From an uncultured Bacilli bacterium (GTDB taxonomy: Bacteria > Bacillota_I > Bacilli_A > RF39 > UBA660), in NCBI GenBank assembly GCA_944358675.1, contig CALVRN010000001.1, forward strand, positions 23,358 through 87,357: a DNA stretch of 64,000 bases. Reading direction: 5' to 3'. The first letter of the stretch is position 1. The number at the start of each line of letters is the position of its first letter. A program made the position numbers and the translations under genes. The notes beneath the pieces are model-generated. The model was not told where the DNA came from. It ran no database searches and saw only the letters and a list, made by a program, of their open reading frames with translations. This document shows positions 19,422-26,592 of this stretch, piece by piece.

Positions 19422-20960
19422 TTAAACTCTCTTTCTCATTTTATTAAATAAATAAATAAATCTTCCCTTAGCACTATTAAACTCCTCAGTTTTATTATAA
19501 ACAATAATAATAATTATTGTTGGAATAACTAAAGAAATAATAAAATTTATTATAACTTGTAATAGTACATCAACATGAATAAAATTCAAAATCAAAAATA
19601 CAATTAGCCCTGACAACATCAAAGTTAAAAATTGTTTCAAAAAAGCTTTAAAATATAAACTAATATTTTTAAATAATACATATTTAAAGACAATAAAAGG
19701 TTTTATAATTAAAGGCAAACAATAACTGATTAATGTTCCAAGCAAAATTCCTGAAATCCCCATAAATTGTACCAAAATAATACTCAAAGTCAAATTAAGT
19801 ACTGCTTCAATAATAGGAACATATCTATCATATTTATACACTCCTGCAGCAGATTGTACAGTAATTGGAACCTGATTTATCCCAACTAAATAATAGTTTA
19901 TCATAATTAACAATACAACCGCAAATGGCAAAACAAACTTTCCTCCAAATACAAATTCTACAAAAGGATTGAAAGTAAAAAGTAAACAAACAGTAGATAC
20001 ACCATATAAACAATATGTAATAAAATCCATTTCCTTAAAAACTTTAAAACGTTTTTCCTTATTACCCTCAGCAATTAAATTACCAAATGAAGCCGTAACA
20101 TTACTTACAAATGTATAGATAAAACTACTAACGGCACTATGAATCATTACATAATTAGAATATATACCAACAGTTACAATACCAATAAACTTAGAAATTA
20201 CAAGATTATCAGTGGCAGTTAAAACATAATTACCAATTTTATGAAACATTAATGCCTTTATATTAGTTTTAATCTCTTTAAGCTCTCCCTTATCCAAACT
20301 TTTAGCACCATTTATTTCTCTTAAATAAGGATATTCCTTAGTAATATATCTATTAACAGCAAAATTTTCAATAAATACAAATAAAGTCTGAACAAGTAAA
20401 TATAAAATATAATTTTTAAAAACAAGCAAAATAACTATTTGAAAAACAGTCATAAAAACATTTGATAAAATCAAAATTGGTGTTATTTTATAATTTTTTT
20501 GATCAGCTGTTATTAAGGTTCTTTTATAAGAAAACAAATAACCAATAACCATATTAGCGAGAAAAATTAAATAAATAATATTTAAATTCTCAATACCAGA
20601 TGTATCTTTAATAAACCATGGTAAAAAAGGTAAAAGTATCAAACCTAAAATTAACACTACCAGCGCAATAACTCTATAAGCAATTTTATAAAACTTCATT
20701 AAACTTTTACACTCTTCAGTATTTCCATCAGCTAAAGGCTTATATAAACTATAACTAATAGCTGTCCCAACTCCAAGCTCGGCCAAAGCTAAAATACCAA
20801 GTACATTAGATAAAAGTCCATTAACACCTAAATAAACATCACTTAAAACTTTAACAAAAATAATTCTAGATATAAATCTAAGCAAATTAAGTACAATGTT
20901 ATTAGCAAAATTACCTATAATATTTTTTAAAGAATTCAGCGTTCGCAAAATAACCACCAA
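19422..20960 (-). CDS. wzx: Wzx-type polysaccharide flippase (MOP superfamily)
   Basis: About 14 TM helices and an N-terminus NSLKNIIGNFANN...RIIFVKVLS typical of polysaccharide biosynthesis (Wzx) proteins. The start is non-ATG: GTG at 20960 or TTG at 20948. Confidence 0.75.
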   Translation of the reverse strand: MVVILRTLNSLKNIIGNFANNIVLNLLRFISRIIFVKVLSDVYLGVNGLLSNVLGILALAELGVGTAISYSLYKPLADGNTEECKSLMKFYKIAYRVIALVVLILGLILLPFLPWFIKDTSGIENLNIIYLIFLANMVIGYLFSYKRTLITADQKNYKITPILILSNVFMTVFQIVILLVFKNYILYLLVQTLFVFIENFAVNRYITKEYPYLREINGAKSLDKGELKEIKTNIKALMFHKIGNYVLTATDNLVISKFIGIVTVGIYSNYVMIHSAVSSFIYTFVSNVTASFGNLIAEGNKEKRFKVFKEMDFITYCLYGVSTVCLLFTFNPFVEFVFGGKFVLPFAVVLLIMINYYLVGINQVPITVQSAAGVYKYDRYVPIIEAVLNLTLSIILVQFMGISGILLGTLISYCLPLIIKPFIVFKYVLFKNISLYFKAFLKQFLTLMLSGLIVFLILNFIHVDVLLQVIINFIISLVIPTIIIIIVYNKTEEFNSAKGRFIYLFNKMRKRV

Positions 20961-20966
20961 CCAATT

Positions 20967-21007
20967 CTATATATAAGTATAACAAAAATATAATCAATTG
21001 CCAAATA
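20967..21007 (-). repeat. Copy 1 of an exact 41-bp duplicated promoter module
   Basis: The plus-strand sequence ctatatataagtataacaaaaatataatcaattgccaaata is identical to 23532-23572. Confidence 0.9.
20976..21004 (-). promoter_or_regulatory. Putative sigma-A promoter TTGGCA-N17-TATACT in front of wzx
   Basis: Read on the minus strand inside the 41-bp repeat: TTGGCA at 21004-20999 and TATACT at 20981-20976. Confidence 0.5.
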
Positions 21008-21008
21008 G

Positions 21009-22619
21009 TTAAATAGGATAATAAAGCAAACCAAATTTAATAATATTTACAAACGCGATAATGTTTAAAATAAGCATAATAATACACAATATAATAATTA
21101 AAATATTTTTAAATTTTTCATTACTAATTACTCTATCAATAAACATATAAATTAAACTAATAAAAGCCCATCCAAAATAAAAACTGTATAAATTTGTACC
21201 ATTTTCCGCCGTTCCATAACCAGCTATCAAAATCAAAATAACCGAAAAAATTATAAAAGAAAATGATACCTTTGCAAATTTATTTTTCCAATTTAAAATA
21301 AAGCTAATAAAACATATAAATAAAATTAAAATGGCAAATTTACTAAAATGATAAATAGGTTCTAACAAGTATTGCTCATATAAATAAGTACTGTGTTCAG
21401 AATCAATAATTCTGCCAGGGAGAGCAATAAAAATACTTTTAACAAATCCTAAAAACATTCTTAATTTATCTAAAAATTCAACATTATCTCCGCCAAACCT
21501 TTGAGCATCATTTAAAATACTGTCGAAAAAATCAAATATAAAATAAAATTGACCACTTAAAATAGCGATTATAAAGAAAAAAAGCAAACATTTTAAAGCA
21601 TTTAATAACCATGTTTTAATTTTTCTGTCTTTTGAAACAAGTGGGAAAAACCAAGCTGAAGTCGTAATACATCCAGCACTCATAGCAAGTGGATAATTAA
21701 CGCCTTTTTTCATATTGAAGTATACATAAATAGCTAAAATCAAATAAAATGTAGATATAATATACTGTTCTAAAGTAAATAGGAAAATAATTGTACTATA
21801 GCAACATAGAAAAAATAAATAGAAAAATATTTTACTTTTATCTTTAATATTTAAAAGTCTAGCTAACATTACCATCATAAATCCAACTAAAATTATTTGA
21901 ATCCAAGTTAAAAAAATAGCATAACTATTAGGAACCATAAAAAATATTTTACTAAAAATATAAGAAACAAGTCCAAAAGGTACAGAAAACACCCCAAATA
22001 ATGGTTGTCTTGAAGCCACATTTTCTATAGCATTAATATTGATAAAAACATTAGTACTAAAAATTGCCGAACTATCAGTAGTATAAAGAATATCATAAAA
22101 CTTGCCTTCAGCAAAATAAAAAACGCCTGTTAAATTATAAAGAATAATTGTTATTATCAGCATACCAATCGAATAAAAAATCAAAAATCTTTTTTCATTT
22201 TTAGTTAAACTTTTAAAAAAATTAATAATTGGTTTATTTAAAATGCCCCATAAATAATAAACAATCATAGTCAAACCAAATAATGCAAAAACCATAGCTA
22301 TAGCTAATTTCCAAACAGCAATATTATAAAACACTTCCGCAAATCCATATTTAAAATGATAATCATAAATAATTTGTAAAAATAAATTGCTAAACAAAAA
22401 AGATATTATAAATTTGAAAATATTAATTTTTTCAAATTTATTTTTCCAAAATTTCATTACTAAAAAAAATCCTATTAAAAACGAAAGTCCTAAAGATAAA
22501 ACAATAATCCACTTCCCAGTATTTCTAGACAAAACCAAGCACAAAGCAGGACACGAAATTACAAACAAAATTTGTAAAATTCTTTGTAATTTATTATTTA
22601 ACATAATTTCTTTTTTCAT
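21009..22619 (-). CDS. Polytopic membrane protein (~14 TM), putative GT-C-type glycosyltransferase using a polyprenyl-phosphate-linked donor
   Basis: Hydrophobic throughout and directly downstream of the UbiA/DPPR-synthase-like gene (10-nt gap). No recognisable catalytic motif; function is inferred from context. Confidence 0.4.
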   Translation of the reverse strand: MKKEIMLNNKLQRILQILFVISCPALCLVLSRNTGKWIIVLSLGLSFLIGFFLVMKFWKNKFEKINIFKFIISFLFSNLFLQIIYDYHFKYGFAEVFYNIAVWKLAIAMVFALFGLTMIVYYLWGILNKPIINFFKSLTKNEKRFLIFYSIGMLIITIILYNLTGVFYFAEGKFYDILYTTDSSAIFSTNVFININAIENVASRQPLFGVFSVPFGLVSYIFSKIFFMVPNSYAIFLTWIQIILVGFMMVMLARLLNIKDKSKIFFYLFFLCCYSTIIFLFTLEQYIISTFYLILAIYVYFNMKKGVNYPLAMSAGCITTSAWFFPLVSKDRKIKTWLLNALKCLLFFFIIAILSGQFYFIFDFFDSILNDAQRFGGDNVEFLDKLRMFLGFVKSIFIALPGRIIDSEHSTYLYEQYLLEPIYHFSKFAILILFICFISFILNWKNKFAKVSFSFIIFSVILILIAGYGTAENGTNLYSFYFGWAFISLIYMFIDRVISNEKFKNILIIILCIIMLILNIIAFVNIIKFGLLYYPI

Positions 22620-22629
22620 TTAAAACACC

Positions 22630-23502
22630 TCACATAAATATTAAAAATAAAACTATAGCATAAAACAAAATAGTAAATAATATTCCTTTATTATGAACAA
22701 TAACCTCAACTGGATCACCATAAGTTCCACTTTCAATAACCAAACTATATTCAAAAAATATAAGCATAACAATAGGTATTGTCCAAATTAATAAATTACC
22801 ATTAACTTTCGCAATAACATCCGAATCTGTAGACCACATTGAATAAAAAACAATAGTAAGAGCTAAACAAACATACATATTTTTATCCAAAAAATCTTTA
22901 TTATAGTATTTTAAAACACTTCTTGATTTTTCATCACTTTTCATCATCTCATTTCGGCGTTTACCAAATCCCAAATAAAATGCTCCAGACATCACAGTTA
23001 AATATAAATAATTAGAAACAAATGTGTCAATTAAAAACGAACCGAAAAATATTCTAATTAAAAAACCAATAACTAAAACTATAACATCAACTAAAACAAC
23101 ATTTTTAAGCCATTTACTATATAAAATATTAATTAAAATATAACCAAGTATTAATAAAATAGGATAAATTGATACATTTTTATATATTATAAACGACAAA
23201 AATATAAAACAAATAAATAAAATTAAAATAATACTATATGCCTCTTTAATACTTACCTTGCCTGAAGGAAGTGGTCTATTTTTCTTTATTTCATGTAATT
23301 TATCTTTATCAATATCACATATATCATTAATGACATATATAATAGAAGAAGATAAAGAAAATAATATAAATCCTAAAATAGTAATATATAAATTAAACAA
23401 ATTATTATATAATCCACTAAAAATTAAAGGGACAAAAATAAGTACATTTTTAATATAATGTTTTACTCTAATAAGTTTCAAATAATTTTTAATTTTTTCC
23501 AT
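22630..23502 (-). CDS. UbiA-superfamily prenyl-phosphate phosphoribosyltransferase-like protein (DPPR-synthase-like)
   Basis: The N-terminus IRVKHYIKNVLIFVPLIFSG resembles the RPxQWxKN block of DPPR synthases. An Asp-rich NDICDIDKDKLH motif and 8-9 TM helices are present. Confidence 0.7.
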   Translation of the reverse strand: MEKIKNYLKLIRVKHYIKNVLIFVPLIFSGLYNNLFNLYITILGFILFSLSSSIIYVINDICDIDKDKLHEIKKNRPLPSGKVSIKEAYSIILILFICFIFLSFIIYKNVSIYPILLILGYILINILYSKWLKNVVLVDVIVLVIGFLIRIFFGSFLIDTFVSNYLYLTVMSGAFYLGFGKRRNEMMKSDEKSRSVLKYYNKDFLDKNMYVCLALTIVFYSMWSTDSDVIAKVNGNLLIWTIPIVMLIFFEYSLVIESGTYGDPVEVIVHNKGILFTILFYAIVLFLIFM

Positions 23503-23531
23503 TAATATACAACTCCCAAAATATTATCAAG

Positions 23532-23572
23532 CTATATATAAGTATAACAAAAATATAATCAATTGCCAAATA
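23532..23572 (-). repeat. Copy 2 of the exact 41-bp duplicated promoter module
   Basis: Identical to 20967-21007 and located ~30 nt upstream of the UbiA-like gene start. Confidence 0.9.
23541..23569 (-). promoter_or_regulatory. Putative sigma-A promoter TTGGCA-N17-TATACT in front of the UbiA-like gene
   Basis: Same hexamers as copy 1. GGGAG lies 10 nt before the ATG at 23502. Confidence 0.5.
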
Positions 23573-23708
23573 AAATACTATAATAAATCAAAAAAATACA
23601 TGATAAAAAAATTTTTTCTTTGTAAAACAAATGTCAAATAATCAATAAAAAAACACCAAAAACTATAAATAAATTACTATTTAATGTATAATTATTATAG
23701 GTGATAAT

Positions 23709-25745
23709 ATGGAAAATAAAAATGAAAATATAACATATAAAACAAGAGAAGAAAGAAAAAAAATAGAAGAAAATCTTAAAAATGTTCAAATAGAAAAAGA
23801 AAAAGAATTAGAAGAAAAAAGAAAAGAATTAAAAAATATTATATTTGATGAAAACAAAAAAAATATCTACAAAAAACAAAAAATAGAAAACAAAGATATT
23901 ACAAAGCCAAAAGCCGCAAATATCATGCTTTCTATTACTTTTGTTATTGCTCTTTTTATAACCGTTTATCTAATTATCGACTCTTCAACTAAAATAGATC
24001 AAATATATCAAATAATAAATGCCTTTCTACTTCTAATTATTGTAACATGTTTTCTCATTAGCTTTAAAAAATCTTTTTTCAAAAATAAATCAGCTCCAAC
24101 CATTATTACATCAATTATGGTTTTAGGCGCACTTACATTTAATGGTTTATATATGACAAATACAATCAGTTTGCCAAAACAAAGCTATCTACCAAACTTT
24201 GAAAGTGTAAATCTAACAAAAGCCATTAATTGGACTCAAGAAAATAACGTAAAAACAAATCAAGAATTTGAATATAGTGATGTAACTGAAAAATATAGTG
24301 TCATAAGCCAAAGTAAAAAACCAGAAACATTAACTAAAGATATTAAAAAAGTAGACTTTGTTGTTTCAAATGGTCCAGATTATAATAAAGAAATTATTTT
24401 AGCCGATATGACTGGTTGGAATGTAGATGACATACTAAAATTTGTAAACGAAAATTTCTTAAATAATGTTACTATAAATTTTGCAGAAAACTTAAACATC
24501 AAAAAAGACACTGTTATATCTCAAAGTAAAACAGGTCAAATAAAAAGAAGCGAGCCAATCATATTTACAGTCTCTTTAGGAAATAAAGCAGAACTATCCC
24601 CTATCAAACTAAAAGACTTAAAAAATGAAAGCCTACTTAATGCTTCTGTATATTTAGGTAGAAATGGTATCCTATATGAAATAAAATATGAATTTTCAAA
24701 CGAAATAGAAAAAGGTCATGTTATAAGTACTACACCAAAACCAAACACAACCGTTAAACCAGATGAACTAATTACCATAACAATATCTAAAGGTAAAGAA
24801 ATTAAAATGCCAAACTTAAAAAATAAAACCATGGCTTATGTTACAAAATGGATGGTTGAAAATAACCTTCAAATAAATTACTCTGATAGATATGATAACA
24901 ACATAAAATCAGGTAGAGTTATTGAAAGTAATTATAAAGAAGGAGACATCATTGAAGAAGGTACTACAGTAGATATTATCTTCTCAAAAGGACCACTTAT
25001 TATGAAAAAATTTAACACTATAAATGAATTCAAAAGTTGGGCCGATACTAACGGCATTAAATATGAAATTAAAGAAGAATTTAATGATGAAATAGAAAAA
25101 GATAAAATAATTAAAACATCTATTGAAGAAGGAGCAAATATCAATCTAGATAATACAATTACAGTATATGTTTCTAAAGGAACAGCTGTAACTGTTCCAG
25201 ATTTTACAAATAAAACTAAATCTGAAGTTCAAAAAGAGTGTAACAATTTAGGTATTAGTTGTTCATTTACCGAAGAATATTCTACTAAATCAGCTGGTAA
25301 GGTTATTGGTCAAAGTATTGCTTCAGGTACTCAAATATCTAAAGGTGATAGTATCACTATAACTATTGCAACTGATAAAAAGACATCTAGTACCTCTAAT
25401 AAAACATCAAACTCTAATTCATCTTCTAGACCATCTAGTGGATCTTCAAGTAGTTCTAGACCTTCAGGAGGAAGTTCAGATGATGGAAGTACTAATACAA
25501 ACAATTGTAAAAGTTCATCTTATAGCATCAGTATTAGACCTTTAAATGATATTTTCAATCGTGGTGAAAATTATACTACTACAAAAAGCTTAATCGAAAG
25601 TTATTTTCATACAAATTTTCCAGGAATAAATATAGTAGTTACTGGTGATCCTAGTGCAGAATCAACATCTGGTTCATATGTAGGAGGATTTAAAGGTGGT
25701 ACAATTTCCTGCCCAAGTACAGTAGAAATTATAATAGCAAAATAA
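23709..25745 (+). CDS. Membrane protein with multiple extracellular PASTA domains, a Ser-rich linker and a Cys-containing C-terminal domain; no kinase or transpeptidase domain
   Basis: K/E-rich cytoplasmic N-terminus and 3 TM helices, followed by about 5-6 PASTA-like units of ~65-70 aa (e.g. GWNVDDILKFVNEN...TVSLG and EFKSWADTNGIKYEIKEEF...VYVSKG). An SSSRPS(S/G)GSS repeat follows. AGGTGA RBS. Confidence 0.7.
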   Translation: MENKNENITYKTREERKKIEENLKNVQIEKEKELEEKRKELKNIIFDENKKNIYKKQKIENKDITKPKAANIMLSITFVIALFITVYLIIDSSTKIDQIYQIINAFLLLIIVTCFLISFKKSFFKNKSAPTIITSIMVLGALTFNGLYMTNTISLPKQSYLPNFESVNLTKAINWTQENNVKTNQEFEYSDVTEKYSVISQSKKPETLTKDIKKVDFVVSNGPDYNKEIILADMTGWNVDDILKFVNENFLNNVTINFAENLNIKKDTVISQSKTGQIKRSEPIIFTVSLGNKAELSPIKLKDLKNESLLNASVYLGRNGILYEIKYEFSNEIEKGHVISTTPKPNTTVKPDELITITISKGKEIKMPNLKNKTMAYVTKWMVENNLQINYSDRYDNNIKSGRVIESNYKEGDIIEEGTTVDIIFSKGPLIMKKFNTINEFKSWADTNGIKYEIKEEFNDEIEKDKIIKTSIEEGANINLDNTITVYVSKGTAVTVPDFTNKTKSEVQKECNNLGISCSFTEEYSTKSAGKVIGQSIASGTQISKGDSITITIATDKKTSSTSNKTSNSNSSSRPSSGSSSSSRPSGGSSDDGSTNTNNCKSSSYSISIRPLNDIFNRGENYTTTKSLIESYFHTNFPGINIVVTGDPSAESTSGSYVGGFKGGTISCPSTVEIIIAK

Positions 25746-25756
25746 ATTTTAATCAA

Positions 25757-25785
25757 TTGACAAGTAAAAAAACAAATGATAAAAT
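25757..25785 (+). promoter_or_regulatory. Near-consensus sigma-A promoter TTGACA-N17-TGaTAAAAT
   Basis: TTGACA at 25757-25762, an exact 17-nt spacer, and TG-extended TAAAAT at 25780-25785. It begins 12 nt after the PASTA gene stop. Confidence 0.6.
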
Positions 25786-25789
25786 GTAT

Positions 25790-25853
25790 ATGAAAAAAAG
25801 AGAGATTCCACAAAATATGGAAGCTGTGTGCTTGCGTATGGGCTCTCTTTTTT
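25790..25853 (+). ncRNA. Copy B of a repeated small transcription unit (~65 nt): candidate sRNA, or a very short ORF
   Basis: A long-range stem AAAAAAAGAGAG...CTCTCTTTTTT encloses a TTCCA-caaaata-TGGAA hairpin and a GC-rich segment GCTGTGTGCTTGCGTATGGGC, and ends in a T run. It shares its core with copy A at the left window edge. Confidence 0.4.
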
Positions 25854-25860
25854 CATATAT

Positions 25861-26490
25861 TTAACTCATTAACCAAACATAATCATAATCAAAACTTTCG
25901 GCAATAAAATCAGTATAACTATAATAATTATAACCGTTTAAGTCATAATTCCATATACTTGTATTGTCAATTAACTCTTTAGCAGTAATGCTCATTAGCG
26001 AATAATCAAATTGAAACAATATAACTGAAACTACATATAAAACATTTGAATTATGTCGTTCTTTTACGGTAATATATGCCTTGAAACAACAATTGTTCAT
26101 TTTTAAAGGAGCGACAAAGTGATGATAGCCCTTCTCAATTACACTATTACTTTTGTTCTTCATTGGCTTTAAAGTATCAATATAAACTGCATTGTTAAAT
26201 AAATGGGTTAAGTGGGTTGCCGCATTTAAATTATCAATGTATCTTTTATTGAATAAATTAAATTTAGATTTTGGAAAAATAATTTTATTAACTGTTTCTT
26301 TAGTTATTCTAGCACATATTCCAGTAGCATTATTAACAAATATTCCCCTATTTAAATTTAGTTTATTTTTAACTGTAGCTCTTAATAATTTTAAATCCCA
26401 ATAAGTATTAACCTTTATATAATTATTATTTTCTATAAAATTAATTTTTGTATTTAAATTTATATACTTGTTTCTCAAATGTTTCATCAT
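25861..26490 (-). CDS. Hypothetical protein. It resembles, from memory, an uncharacterised domain often found in large polyvalent proteins of conjugative elements or phages.
   Basis: AGGTGA precedes the ATGATG at 26490, making the ORF-track start at 26535 less likely. Segments NNATGICARITKETVNKII, YHHFVAPLKMNN and KAYITVKERHNSNVLY match a remembered N-x-TG-x-x-A-x-I / F-x-AP / A-x-IT-x-KE pattern. Confidence 0.35.
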   Translation of the reverse strand: MMKHLRNKYINLNTKINFIENNNYIKVNTYWDLKLLRATVKNKLNLNRGIFVNNATGICARITKETVNKIIFPKSKFNLFNKRYIDNLNAATHLTHLFNNAVYIDTLKPMKNKSNSVIEKGYHHFVAPLKMNNCCFKAYITVKERHNSNVLYVVSVILFQFDYSLMSITAKELIDNTSIWNYDLNGYNYYSYTDFIAESFDYDYVWLMS

Positions 26491-26548
26491 TACATCACCT
26501 ATATACAAAATAACAAAGATGCAATATAATGTCAATTAATTCATAGAA

Positions 26549-26592
26549 AAAACAATCGTATTAACTAACAACTAGTTCAACACGATTGTTTT
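26549..26592 (-). terminator. Hairpin terminator of the autolysin gene, with the stop codon in the loop
   Basis: Arms aaaacaatcgt and acgattgtttt form 11 bp with a 22-nt loop, followed on the minus strand by a T run. Confidence 0.5.

Noticed and set aside
8256-23458. Plus-strand ORFs inside the glycan locus genes (8256-8501, 12802-13080, 16426-16653, 22387-22623, 23258-23458).
   Set aside because: Each is antisense to a well-supported glycosyltransferase or membrane-protein gene. Their translations are AT-codon low-complexity strings, and no ribosome-binding sites were seen.
25790-25864. A 24-codon ORF (MKKREIPQNMEAVCLRMGSLFSYI) starting at the predicted transcription start of the small unit.
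   Set aside because: It would have to be leaderless, and its first ATG is not conserved in copy A (ttatag instead of gtatatg). The shorter internal ORF remains as an alternative in the finding, but this longer ORF is not called.
24932-26404. ORFs 24932-25144 (-), 25607-25813 (-) and 26192-26404 (+).
   Set aside because: They are antisense to the PASTA gene or to the 25861-26490 gene. ORF 25607-25813 also runs through the promoter/terminator module. None has an RBS or a recognisable sequence.
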